NCBI GenBank assembly: GCA_037441775.1
Contig: JBBIRO010000008.1
Location: 13,054 to 77,053 of the forward strand
Direction of reading: 5' to 3'
Source: Syntrophobacterales bacterium
GTDB taxonomy: Bacteria > Desulfobacterota > Syntrophia > Syntrophales > CAMTWB01
DNA length: 64,000 nucleotides
Shown: one piece after another, positions 28,161 to 37,409 of the stretch
How the letters are laid out: each line of letters begins with the position of its first letter
How positions within the stretch are numbered: position 1 is the stretch's first letter
Made by a program: the position numbers and the translations under genes
The notes under the pieces: model-generated
Database searches by the model: none
What the model was told of the DNA's origin: nothing
Seen by the model: only the letters and a program-made list of their open reading frames with translations

Positions 28161-30107
28161 ATGGCGGAACCTGAGTATCGCAGTTGGGTGGAGGTTGACC
28201 TCGACTGCTTCACCCGCAACTGGGAAGAGATGAAACGCCTGGTGAAGCCGGGAGTGAAGATAATGCAGGTCCTCAAGGCCGATGCCTACGGTCATGGCGC
28301 AATCGAAATCGCCAACGTGGCTCTGCAAAACGGTGCCGCCTGCCTGGGTGTGGCCAATGCCGATGAAGCTGTCCAACTCCGGGTTGGCGGCGTAGATGCA
28401 GAGATCATCATCCTGAGCCCATCCTTCCCTGCGGAAATAGGCGAGATCATAAAGTATAGCCTGGCGCCCTCCATCTCCGACGAATCCTTTGTGTGGCAAC
28501 TCCAAAAGCGCGGCCAGGCGGCAGGGATTCGGATTCCGGTGCATCTGGAAATCGATTCCGGCATTGGCCGGGCGGGCATCAGCGCTGATCAGGCGCTCGC
28601 CGTGATCCGCAAGATCAATAATATGCCTAATATTTTTTTGGAGGGCATCTTTACCCACCTGGCGATCAGTGAAACTTCCGATGAATATAATCTGTGGCAG
28701 TGGCGGAACTTCAATCAACTATTGAACCTTCTTTCCCGGGAAGGCATTAATATCCCAATCAGGCACATGGCCAACAGCGGCGCTATGATAAATTACCCGG
28801 AGTTTCAACTGGATATGGTAAGGCCGGGGCTGATGTCGTACGGGATATTTCCCACGGCCGATTCGGTGGGCCGGATCAGCCTGAAGCCGGTAATGACCTT
28901 CAAAACGCGCATCCTCTTGATTAAGGAGTTTACCGCCGGTTCCAGTATCGGCTATGGCCGTTCCTATATCACGACCAAAACCAGCAGGATTGCCACCATT
29001 CCGGTCGGCTACGGCGATGGCTATGGTTTTGTCCTTTCCAACCAGGCAGAGGTTTTGGTGATGGGCAGGAGAGTGCCGGTGGTCGGTCGGGTCTCGATGG
29101 ATTTGTGTACCATCGACGTTACCGACCTGCCTGACTGTGCCGCCGGCGCCGAAGTGGTTCTTTTGGGAAGACAGGGCGAAGAATATATCTCGGCCCGGGA
29201 GATTGCCGAGAAGGTGGGAAGCATCAGTTACGAGGTGCTCTGTGCCCTGGGCAAAAGGGCGCCCAGGATATTTCTCAAGCAGGGGCTGATCGGCGCCACG
29301 GAACCCCGGCTTAGAAGGGTATTCATCCCCGATGAGGAGCGGTCACTTTCACGGATCGACAATATCATCAGGAGCTGTCTCCACACCCGCGCCAAAAGCG
29401 TCGATCTTGGAGATGCCATCTATTACGAAATGTTAGAGACGATGTTTGGAAAAGATGATCGACAACTCGAACTGCGATCGGACTTTCGCTACGATATAAC
29501 CGTTGCCCGGTTGGATAAGAAACGACCGACAAGTCCAACGGATGATGATGGCTATCTGGAGGTGACAACCCATGTCGAATATCGGAAAATTCTCAAAAAC
29601 CACCTGTTCATGATTGGTTGCGCCAACAATAATGAGCAGTTGGCGGCTTTCTTCGAAGACCCTCGCTGTCAGTACCGCTGGCTTTTGGGCAACGGGGAAG
29701 ATCTGGTGGCGCCGCAGGATTTTCAGGTTACGGCGGTAAGGGTGGATGGAGAAACGGTTCCGGTCGAAACCGCCGCGGCAACCGAGCGGGGATACGAAGT
29801 CTGGGCCGGAGGCGAATGCCTGCGCGATAAGATTCAGCGGCCGGTTAAAATCGAGCTTGAGATTGTGACCAAAAAATCGAGAGCAAAAAGAGATTTTTCC
29901 GTCCACATCGTCTATCCGACTCAAGGTTTGGAGATAAATTTTAATTACGCCAAAACGGGTATGAAAAACGTCCGGGAGGTGATTTTCTTCTCCGGCCGAC
30001 GCCCCTACCCACTGGTGCGCAGGCGGGAGGGGATGTCGATCAACGTTGTTGTTCCCAGGGAAGAATGGGTCTTTCCCCATAGCGGGGTTACTTTCATCTG
30101 GGATTGA
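28161..30107 (+). CDS. alr: Alanine racemase (N-terminal ~375 aa) fused to an uncharacterised ~270-aa C-terminal domain
   Basis: PLP-lysine region VLKADAYGHG, YGRSY, and GRVSMDLCTIDV, ending near ...ALGKRAPRIF. It then continues for ~270 aa (RRVFIPDEERSL...VTFIWD) that I cannot assign to any family. A typical Alr is ~360-390 aa. Confidence 0.85.
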   Translation: MAEPEYRSWVEVDLDCFTRNWEEMKRLVKPGVKIMQVLKADAYGHGAIEIANVALQNGAACLGVANADEAVQLRVGGVDAEIIILSPSFPAEIGEIIKYSLAPSISDESFVWQLQKRGQAAGIRIPVHLEIDSGIGRAGISADQALAVIRKINNMPNIFLEGIFTHLAISETSDEYNLWQWRNFNQLLNLLSREGINIPIRHMANSGAMINYPEFQLDMVRPGLMSYGIFPTADSVGRISLKPVMTFKTRILLIKEFTAGSSIGYGRSYITTKTSRIATIPVGYGDGYGFVLSNQAEVLVMGRRVPVVGRVSMDLCTIDVTDLPDCAAGAEVVLLGRQGEEYISAREIAEKVGSISYEVLCALGKRAPRIFLKQGLIGATEPRLRRVFIPDEERSLSRIDNIIRSCLHTRAKSVDLGDAIYYEMLETMFGKDDRQLELRSDFRYDITVARLDKKRPTSPTDDDGYLEVTTHVEYRKILKNHLFMIGCANNNEQLAAFFEDPRCQYRWLLGNGEDLVAPQDFQVTAVRVDGETVPVETAAATERGYEVWAGGECLRDKIQRPVKIELEIVTKKSRAKRDFSVHIVYPTQGLEINFNYAKTGMKNVREVIFFSGRRPYPLVRRREGMSINVVVPREEWVFPHSGVTFIWD

Positions 30108-30229
30108 TCAGGCAGCCGCCCACAAGGGGCGGTATTACAAAACCAGGTCTTTTGCCGGGGGCGTCCGGATACTTATTTTGTAGACTTTTTTTAGAAACCG
30201 TTAAATATAACAACAGCAGGTTTGTGATA

Positions 30230-31282
30230 ATGAAGATAAAAGTGGGAGTATTTTTCGGGGGGGTGTCCTCGGAGCGCGAAGTTTCGCTAAACAGCGGTCG
30301 CAATGTTTACGACAACCTGGACCGGGATACCTATGAGCCGATCCCTTTTTTTGTGGATAACAAGATGGGACTCTGGATCCTCCCCTGGCAGCTTGTCAGC
30401 CAGAACACGACAATGGATATCGTGGAGAGACTTGCTTCCGAAGCGAAAAGGGTTTCCTATGAGGAAATTCCGGACATGATCGATTTCGCGTTTCTTACTC
30501 TTCACGGAAAATACGGTGAGGACGGCTGCTTCCAGGGACTAATGGAATTGCTCGGCCTGCCCTATAGCGGCTCCGGCGTCCTGGGGTCGGCTTTGGGGAT
30601 GGATAAATACCGCCAGCAGCAGTTCCTTAAGGCCGCCGGCCTGAAGGTGCCGACCAGCATTATGGTGACTCAAGAGGATTGGGAGACCAAAACGGAAGAG
30701 GTGCAAAAGAAAATAGCCGCAGCTCTAACTTACCCCCTGTTCGTTAAGCCTACCAGGGAAGGTTCAAGTATCGGTGTGAATAAGGTGAAGGACGAAGAAG
30801 CCCTGCCACAGGAGATGGCAAAAGCACTGACTTGGGATGAGGCGGTATTGGTGGAGGAGTATCTGGACGGGATAGAGTTCTCATGTATAATCATTGAGGA
30901 GGATGGCCTGGCCCGGTCGCTGGATGTGACTGAAATTCACCCCCAGGGTACTTTCTACGATTACGACGACAAGTACATGCCAGGGCGCTGCCGCAAGTTT
31001 ACCCCGCCGAAACACATACCGGCTGAGGGTGTGCAAAAGATCAAGGCCGACGCCCTGCGGGCGTTTCATGCCCTGGAATTCCGATCCTATGGCCGGATAG
31101 ACGGCTTTTTTATGAAAGATGGCCGCGTCTTGATAACCGATCCCAACTCATCCTCCGGGATGGCGCCCTCGTCCTTTTTCTTTGAGCAGGCCGCCGGCGC
31201 CGGGTTCTATCCCGGGGCGATTTTATCCATAATTATTGAGGAGGCCAGAAAAATCCACCGGCGCAAGAAGGGGCCACTGTAA
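30230..31282 (+). CDS. ddl: D-alanine--D-alanine ligase
   Basis: MKIKVGVFFGGVSSEREVSLNSG N-terminus, HGKYGEDGCFQGLMELLGLPYSG, ATP-grasp core. Start set at MKIKVG; the track ORF begins 42 codons earlier in non-conserved sequence. Confidence 0.95.
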   Translation: MKIKVGVFFGGVSSEREVSLNSGRNVYDNLDRDTYEPIPFFVDNKMGLWILPWQLVSQNTTMDIVERLASEAKRVSYEEIPDMIDFAFLTLHGKYGEDGCFQGLMELLGLPYSGSGVLGSALGMDKYRQQQFLKAAGLKVPTSIMVTQEDWETKTEEVQKKIAAALTYPLFVKPTREGSSIGVNKVKDEEALPQEMAKALTWDEAVLVEEYLDGIEFSCIIIEEDGLARSLDVTEIHPQGTFYDYDDKYMPGRCRKFTPPKHIPAEGVQKIKADALRAFHALEFRSYGRIDGFFMKDGRVLITDPNSSSGMAPSSFFFEQAAGAGFYPGAILSIIIEEARKIHRRKKGPL

Positions 31283-31423
31283 ATAAGGGTGCGCTTCAAT
31301 TATGACGGGCTTGTAAAAAGTCGGCCCGATGTAAGTTTGAGGACGGCTTGGTAAAAATGTCGCTCGCCCTGGCGCGCAAATCACGGGAAATATGGTATTT
31401 CATTTGTCTGGGAATATAGGAAG

Positions 31424-31921
31424 TCAAAAAATATTTTCCCTGGCAGTTTCCCCCATCCATTTTTTTTCCAAAGAGGGGGCCAAGGGGAGCGCGAGCGTGA
31501 CCTTTCGTCCAATATTTGCAGAACTCCGCACACAGCAAACATGGTACAAGCTGCTCTTATAATAGCTAAGCACATAGGCGCCATCGAACATTACAATCCA
31601 GGCATTTTTTGTCTGGCTTTCGAAGGTTGTGGACGACCAATAGGACAAGTTTCCCAGAAAAAATACCTCTTGGCGAACCAGGGGGCGCCCGTCCGGACGC
31701 GCCCCGGTTCGGTCCAGTAAGGATTCCAGATCAACCAGGGTTGGCAGACGCCAATCGTTTTTGCCGGCCAAGAAGAGTGACCCCGCATATTCCATAGCTT
31801 CGTGCCAGGTCATCCGGCCCGGAGATGCAACCTGCCATTCCAGGCCGGTTTCCGGATCTTCCCATGTAGGCGTTTTTTGTCCCTGGGTGCAAATATTAAA
31901 CAACTTCTCAAATCCTCGCAT
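31424..31921 (-). CDS. DUF1566 (Lcl C-terminal, lectin-like) domain protein without signal peptide
   Basis: TGLEWQV...MTWHEAMEYA...GKNDWRLPTLVDLESLL matches the DUF1566 pattern. Start set at MRGFEKLF (GAAGGGA upstream), overlapping the upstream gene's stop by 14 nt. Confidence 0.6.
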   Translation of the reverse strand: MRGFEKLFNICTQGQKTPTWEDPETGLEWQVASPGRMTWHEAMEYAGSLFLAGKNDWRLPTLVDLESLLDRTGARPDGRPLVRQEVFFLGNLSYWSSTTFESQTKNAWIVMFDGAYVLSYYKSSLYHVCCVRSSANIGRKVTLALPLAPSLEKKWMGETARENIF

Positions 31922-33809
31922 CAATCCCTTCAGGAAAATCTTCTGGATCGCCCCAGAATATGCAGCGCGTCGGGCAGACGGCGAAACAAGCCGGCTGTTC
32001 ATTATGGCCCCTTTTTTCAATGCAGAGGTCGCACTTTACCGCCTTGGCCAGGTACTGGTTAAACTGCATCACATCATACGGACAGGACTGGACGCAGGAA
32101 CTCCCACAGGTGATGCAGCGCCTGGCCTCCTGCGTAACCAGGTCTTCGGTCAGCAGCAGCTCTACTTCGTTGAAATTTTTTATTCGCTCTTGAGGACTCA
32201 GTGAAGGCGTTTGCGTCCGGGCCGCGGGATCGTATTTTTCCTTTTGTGGTTCAGTGATCGGCTTGAGTTCGATATCTCTCCCTAAGCGCAGGTTCTGACC
32301 TCTCAGGTAGCGGTCGATAGATATGGCCGCCTGCTTCCCATCGGCAATAGCTTCGATGACTGTTTTGGCCCCGCGGACCGCGTCTCCCCCGGAGAAGACA
32401 GCGGGATCATCAGTTTGCAGCGTCAAGGGGTCAACCTTCATTGTTCGAGTGCTGTTGAGCTTAGCGCCGCACCCGTCATTCAGGCATGACCAATCCGATT
32501 CCTGCCCCAGGGCGGTGATTACCGCATCCACGTTAATCGTGAATTCTGAACCGGGGATGGGAACAGGACGCCCGCGCCCGCTTGCGTCTGGTTCCGTCAA
32601 TCGTGTCTTGATGCATTCGATCGCTTCAACCCGCCCGTTTTTTCCGATAAATCGCACCGGTTGGGTAAGGAGGTGGAGCGTAATCCCCTCCTCCTGGCAG
32701 GCTTCAATTTCTTCCTGTCGCGCGGGCATTTCTTCCCGGCCACGCCGGTAGAGGATAAAGGCGTTGTCCGCCCCCAATCTGCGCGCCGACCTTACGGCGT
32801 CCAGCGCTACATTTCCCCCGCCGATTACGGCGACATTCTTGCCAAGCGAAACAGGGCTTCCCAGGTTGATCTGGCGAAGATAATCCAGTCCATTATAGAC
32901 CTGGGCCAGGTCCTCGCCCGCAATATCCAGCCGAAGGGCTTTCTGCGCGCCGATGGCCAGGAAAAAGGCCTGGAACCCCTCATCGCGCAATTTAGCGAAG
33001 GTGGTATCTTTTCCCACCTCAACGCCGGTTTTCATGGTCACGCCCATCTTGCGAATCAATTCAATCTCCGCCTGGACAATTTTGCGCGGAAGGCGGTAAG
33101 CCGGTATTCCCAGGGTCAACATACCTCCCAATAGCGGTGACTTCTCGAATACAGTTACCTGATATCCTTCCTGCGCCAGATAGTACGCACAGGTCAAGCC
33201 GGCAGGGCCGGAGCCGATGATGGCAACCCTGGCCTCTTTTTTATCTTTAATTTCCGGCCGATAACGCTCTCGGGCATTCAAATCAAGATCGGCCAGAAAA
33301 CGTTCAATTGCGTGGATGGCGACGGGTTTGTCAATTTGATCCCGTTCGCAGGCCGCTTCGCAAGGGTGAGGGCAGACCCGCCCGCAGATCGATGGGAAGG
33401 GGCTTGATTCTTTGATCAGCTCGAGCGCCTCTCGGAATCGTCCCTTGACTGCCAGGCTGACATAGCCCTGGACATTGATGTGCGCCGGGCAGCCCACCTT
33501 GCAGGAGGATGTATCCTGTTTTTCCACCCCCGACCTGCCCGGCACCGCGTTACAGCCTGTGCATTTCCCGTTGTCGTGCAAGACAACGCCGGTCAGCGGA
33601 TCGGTGGTGATAGCCAGTTCCGGACAGGCCTTCGCGCAGGGGGCATCGGTGCAATGTTGACAAAACAAGGGCCGGTAAAAAGGCGCCCTCTCCAGCACTC
33701 TAACCACTTTCGGGCCGGCCGCCAGCCCATGCTCCTGCTTGCAGGCCACTTCACAGGCGTGGCACCCCATGCATTCCGCTTCGTTGTACAGCAAGGTAAT
33801 TTTACCCAT
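31908..33809 (-). CDS. FeS-flavoprotein: N-terminal ferredoxin + GltD/NfnB-like NAD(P)H-FAD oxidoreductase + C-terminal ferredoxin
   Basis: CMGCHACEVAC, CQHCTDAPCAKACP, CTGC clusters. GltD-type region (CPHPCEAAC..., RVAIIGSGPAGLTCAYYL, GGMLTLGIPAYRLP, VAVIGGGNVALD). C-terminal CITCGSSCVQSCP...CDLC...CFAVCP. 633 aa. Confidence 0.8.
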   Translation of the reverse strand: MGKITLLYNEAECMGCHACEVACKQEHGLAAGPKVVRVLERAPFYRPLFCQHCTDAPCAKACPELAITTDPLTGVVLHDNGKCTGCNAVPGRSGVEKQDTSSCKVGCPAHINVQGYVSLAVKGRFREALELIKESSPFPSICGRVCPHPCEAACERDQIDKPVAIHAIERFLADLDLNARERYRPEIKDKKEARVAIIGSGPAGLTCAYYLAQEGYQVTVFEKSPLLGGMLTLGIPAYRLPRKIVQAEIELIRKMGVTMKTGVEVGKDTTFAKLRDEGFQAFFLAIGAQKALRLDIAGEDLAQVYNGLDYLRQINLGSPVSLGKNVAVIGGGNVALDAVRSARRLGADNAFILYRRGREEMPARQEEIEACQEEGITLHLLTQPVRFIGKNGRVEAIECIKTRLTEPDASGRGRPVPIPGSEFTINVDAVITALGQESDWSCLNDGCGAKLNSTRTMKVDPLTLQTDDPAVFSGGDAVRGAKTVIEAIADGKQAAISIDRYLRGQNLRLGRDIELKPITEPQKEKYDPAARTQTPSLSPQERIKNFNEVELLLTEDLVTQEARRCITCGSSCVQSCPYDVMQFNQYLAKAVKCDLCIEKRGHNEQPACFAVCPTRCIFWGDPEDFPEGIDARI

Positions 33810-33827
33810 CGGTTTCCTCCTATCCGT

Positions 33828-35915
33828 CTATCCCTCACAGGGAGATATGTTGCATAAACAGACTCTGAGATTGGTGGATCCCATCGCGGGATCCAGGGTC
33901 TCATAGGCATTGTCGGTCAGGATGTTGACATTGGAAATGTCCCAGCCGTGGCCCGAATCTTTCATCTCCGGGTACCACCAGCCATGCTCGGAAACAATTA
34001 CCCGGGGATCAATATTGTCGTTGAGTTTAGCGCGCTGCTTAATTCGCCCCCGCGGGGAGGAGATATAAACCCATTGACCGTCTTTTATCTGATGTTTTTG
34101 GGCTGTCTCCGGATGGATCTCCACGATGGGATCGGGCCTGATCTCCCTTAACCAAGGTATCTGCCGGTTTGCCGAATGGAAAAATGTTGGCGTCCTGAGG
34201 CCCGCATTGAGGATATAGGGGAAATCCTTGAGGAGTTCCGGTTTGGAGACCGGGCTTTCGGGAACTTCCACATATTTAGGGAGGGGATCGTATCCCCATT
34301 TCTCCAGAACGGTCGAATAGAGCTCCACCTTTTTGGTCGGTGTGGAAAAACCGCGCTCTTTATATTTCCGATAAACCATTTCGCCCCGGAGATATCCCTT
34401 TTCCTTGAACTGTTCCCAGGTCAGGCCCGATGGTTCGAGCAGGTAATCCAGCGCGCCCTCCACCGTGTCTGGCCAGTCCTGGCCCATTCGTTTACCCAGC
34501 TCCAGAAATATCTTATGGTCTTGCCAGCATTCCCCGATCTCGACGCACTTTTGCCTTGCCAAAACAAATCCGTGCCGTTTCCAGTTGTCAGCCACATGGT
34601 TTTGCTCAAGCCAGGTGCCCGCCGGCAGGAAGATATCCGCCAGTTCCGCAGTCGGCGTCAAAAAGAAGTCCACCACAACGAGGAACTCCAGTTGCTTGAG
34701 CGCCGCGTAGGCCTCTTTGGCATTGGCTCTGGTAACTACGGGATTGCTGCCGCAGAGGATACCGGCCTTGAGCGGATAGGGTTTGCCGGTGACAATGGCG
34801 TCCCAGGCCTTCTTGGGATTAATAAGCGCCACCCTGGCTCCCAGCTTGAACTGATCACCGCCCAGCCTTTTCTTTTGCTGTTCCGGAGAAAGATCCCGGT
34901 GGCGGGAAAATTCGGCCACGGTGCGCGTGGGCGGGTTTACAAACAGGGCATTCCCGCCGGGGGCGTCGAGATTCCCGGTTATGGCCATCAACCCGGTCGT
35001 GGCACGGGTATAATTGACGCAGTTGATGGTCTGTTCCGTGGGAACGCCCCAATGGATACAGGCCGGCTTCGTCGTGGCATACATTCTCGCGGCCTGACGA
35101 ATCAGATCCTTGTCAATCCAGGTGATTTCCTGGATTTTGTCCAGGGGGTAGTCCTTCATCACCCTTTCCCTAAAGGGCTCCCAGCCATGGATGTAATTTT
35201 CGACGAATTCTTTTTCGTAAAGCTCCTCTTCGATGATGACTCGATGAAAACCCATGGCCAGCGCGGCATCAGTCCCCGGTCTGATCTGGAGCCAAAGGTC
35301 CGCTTTATTGGCGATAAATCCCTTGCGGGGATCGATGCAGATCAGCTTGCTTCCCTTTTTATAGGCCCGCCAGAAAGATTCCCCCTTGTATTCATCCGGG
35401 TTGTTCCACTGCGGATTGCAGGCCCACATGACAATACATTTGGGGTCGCCTTCATAATCGGCGATGGGCAGCGTACCGCAGGTGATCAGGGTTGACCCCA
35501 CCCGGGAGACATAACACATATGTCCGGCGGTAAGCACATTCGGGGTTCCCAGCAGGTTGGAAAAACGGTAAAGATGGCTTTCATAATCCCGACCCGTTCC
35601 TTGACCAACCACAATGGATTCCGGCCCGTATTGGGCGATCACATTTTGAAACTTCTCCACGATGGTATTCAACGCCTCATCCCAGCTAATCCTTTGCCAG
35701 CCCTGATCCGTCTTTTTCATCGGATGAAGTATCCGGTCAGGATGGTACGCCAGCTGCGTAATGGCCAGGCCCTTGGTGCACAAAGTCCCGTGGCTGATGG
35801 GTGAGTCTGGATCGCCCTCCACCTTGATCACCCGGCCGTCCTTTACATGGGCGATGACCCCGCAGCCCCCATGACAGCTCCGGCAAGCCGTTCTAATTTT
35901 CTTAACCTCTTCCAT
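33828..35915 (-). CDS. Cytoplasmic molybdopterin (bis-MGD, DMSO-reductase superfamily) oxidoreductase catalytic subunit
   Basis: N-terminal 4Fe-4S motif CRSCHGGCGV...C without a twin-arginine signal. MopB domains. Candidate metal-ligand Cys in GHMCYVS. C-terminal molydopterin-binding barrel (IHPETA...GDWV.I.S.RG). 695 aa. Confidence 0.85.
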   Translation of the reverse strand: MEEVKKIRTACRSCHGGCGVIAHVKDGRVIKVEGDPDSPISHGTLCTKGLAITQLAYHPDRILHPMKKTDQGWQRISWDEALNTIVEKFQNVIAQYGPESIVVGQGTGRDYESHLYRFSNLLGTPNVLTAGHMCYVSRVGSTLITCGTLPIADYEGDPKCIVMWACNPQWNNPDEYKGESFWRAYKKGSKLICIDPRKGFIANKADLWLQIRPGTDAALAMGFHRVIIEEELYEKEFVENYIHGWEPFRERVMKDYPLDKIQEITWIDKDLIRQAARMYATTKPACIHWGVPTEQTINCVNYTRATTGLMAITGNLDAPGGNALFVNPPTRTVAEFSRHRDLSPEQQKKRLGGDQFKLGARVALINPKKAWDAIVTGKPYPLKAGILCGSNPVVTRANAKEAYAALKQLEFLVVVDFFLTPTAELADIFLPAGTWLEQNHVADNWKRHGFVLARQKCVEIGECWQDHKIFLELGKRMGQDWPDTVEGALDYLLEPSGLTWEQFKEKGYLRGEMVYRKYKERGFSTPTKKVELYSTVLEKWGYDPLPKYVEVPESPVSKPELLKDFPYILNAGLRTPTFFHSANRQIPWLREIRPDPIVEIHPETAQKHQIKDGQWVYISSPRGRIKQRAKLNDNIDPRVIVSEHGWWYPEMKDSGHGWDISNVNILTDNAYETLDPAMGSTNLRVCLCNISPCEG

Positions 35916-36082
35916 CAGTTCTCCTCCTTATGAGTTATCGGGGTTATAAACTTAAGAATGCCGGCAAAGGTCGCTATGATTTCGGCATTCTTAAGGATTG
36001 CAGGATTATCCTGCGCGAGCGTCCGCAGCTTATGGGCGCTTTCTGATATCTTCTCGATTTCCCTGCGTATCTGCTCATGCAT
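35915..36082 (-). CDS. Small unannotated ORF (55 aa), translationally coupled between the ligase and the molybdoenzyme
   Basis: Below the ORF-track cutoff. MHEQIRREIEKISESAHKLRTLAQDNPAILKNAEIIATFAGILKFITPITHKEEN. The ATG is 4 nt after the ligase TAG, with GAGAGGGA upstream. Its TGA shares one base with the ATG of the molybdoenzyme (TGATG). Confidence 0.45.
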   Translation of the reverse strand: MHEQIRREIEKISESAHKLRTLAQDNPAILKNAEIIATFAGILKFITPITHKEEN

Positions 36083-36086
36083 TTTT

Positions 36087-37388
36087 CTATCCCTCTCTCA
36101 AATCTTTAAACCGTTTGGCCTTGAGCATGTAGCGCGGCAGCGATTCCGGCGGCTCAAGCTGTACATGAAAGGAGAGGTTGGTCTTCACCTTCAATCTCTC
36201 CATAAGCCTTGCTTTTGTCTGTAGCGCCTCATCATTTCCAAGCTTTGGCGACAGCTCCGCCTTAAGGATAATTTCATCCATGATCCCGATCCTCTTTACG
36301 ACGATCTCGTATTCGACGACCTCCGGGAATTCCTGTCTGAGGGCTTCTTCCACTGTCATCGGCGAAAAAAGGACCCCTCTTATTTTTCTCAAATCGTCGG
36401 TTCTCCCCAAAACCTCTTTTATCTTAAGTGAACTCCGGCCGCAGGAGCAGCAATCTTTTCCCTTGATTACGAGGTCTTTGGTGTTGAACCTAATCAGGGG
36501 AAAAGACCTTCGGCCTAAAGGGGTGACCACGACAATGCCCATCTCACCTTCCGCCACCTCTTCCCGGAGGTTTTCAGGGTCGAGAATCTCAACCAAAAAA
36601 AAGGGTTCAATCAGATGCAGGCCGTCTTTTGCCTCGCACATACCAGCCCAGGCGCAGGGTTCCGTCCCGCCGATGTGGTCGAAAACATGGCATTGGAAGA
36701 GCTCTTCGAGTCTTTTTCGCGTCGCTTGCGGCATCGGTTCTCCCGCGCAAAGCATCCGTTCAATCCCCAGCGAGGCCGGATCAATACCCAAATTTTTTGC
36801 CTCCTGGGCAAGGTGGAGTCCATAGGTCGGGGTGTTCATCATCCCGTTGGCGCGGATCTCCAGGATCTTGTGAATCCTCCCTTTGGTATCAAGCGCCCCT
36901 CCGGGGACCAGTTCGCAACCCAGCTTTTCCGATGCAAAATGGGCTTCCCAAAAGGCAACATAAACATTATAGCCAAAGGGAAGAAAGACCCGATGGCGGG
37001 GTCTGAACCCGGCCATATAGAGGATATGACACCATACCTCGGTTCTCCACTGCCAGCTTTCATAGGTTTCTGGCACATAGACCGGTATTCCCGTCGTTCC
37101 ACTCGTCTGCCGGAAGCAGGTGACGCTGGCAATATCCGTTCCCAGCGTCCCGCCATAGGGGAAGGGATCCATCGCCTGGTAGAGACGCAATTCTTCCTTG
37201 TCGGTGAGAGGGATTTTTCCGATATCGTTTAGCGTTTTGATATCATCCGGGTTAATTCCCCTTAACTTGTCCTGATAGAGCCGGGAATGGTCCTTGGCAT
37301 AGGAGAGCATCTGGCGAAAGTAGCTAAGTTCAATCTGGGTCAATGATTCTCTGGGCAGGGTCTCTAAATAAGGATTCCAGTACTGCAT
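36087..37388 (-). CDS. Phenylacetate-CoA ligase family (PaaK / F390-synthetase-like) adenylate-forming enzyme
   Basis: MQYWNP...LE N-terminus, TSGTTG AMP-binding motif, GEPMP and RTDDLRKIRGV motifs typical of PaaK-like ligases. 433 aa. Confidence 0.85.
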   Translation of the reverse strand: MQYWNPYLETLPRESLTQIELSYFRQMLSYAKDHSRLYQDKLRGINPDDIKTLNDIGKIPLTDKEELRLYQAMDPFPYGGTLGTDIASVTCFRQTSGTTGIPVYVPETYESWQWRTEVWCHILYMAGFRPRHRVFLPFGYNVYVAFWEAHFASEKLGCELVPGGALDTKGRIHKILEIRANGMMNTPTYGLHLAQEAKNLGIDPASLGIERMLCAGEPMPQATRKRLEELFQCHVFDHIGGTEPCAWAGMCEAKDGLHLIEPFFLVEILDPENLREEVAEGEMGIVVVTPLGRRSFPLIRFNTKDLVIKGKDCCSCGRSSLKIKEVLGRTDDLRKIRGVLFSPMTVEEALRQEFPEVVEYEIVVKRIGIMDEIILKAELSPKLGNDEALQTKARLMERLKVKTNLSFHVQLEPPESLPRYMLKAKRFKDLREG

Positions 37389-37409
37389 CGCTTGATCCTC
37401 CTGTCCTAC

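Noticed and set aside
31296-31584. Small minus-strand ORFs (80 and 67 aa) downstream of the DUF1566 gene
   Set aside because: They overlap the 3' end of the DUF1566 gene and a MITE-fragment region. They have no RBS or conserved motifs.
34176-35495. 439-aa ORF on the + strand opposite the molybdopterin oxidoreductase
   Set aside because: It lies entirely antisense to a gene with clear family motifs. Its composition is Gly/Arg/Pro-rich and low-complexity, typical of shadow ORFs in GC-rich coding DNA. It has no recognisable domain or RBS.
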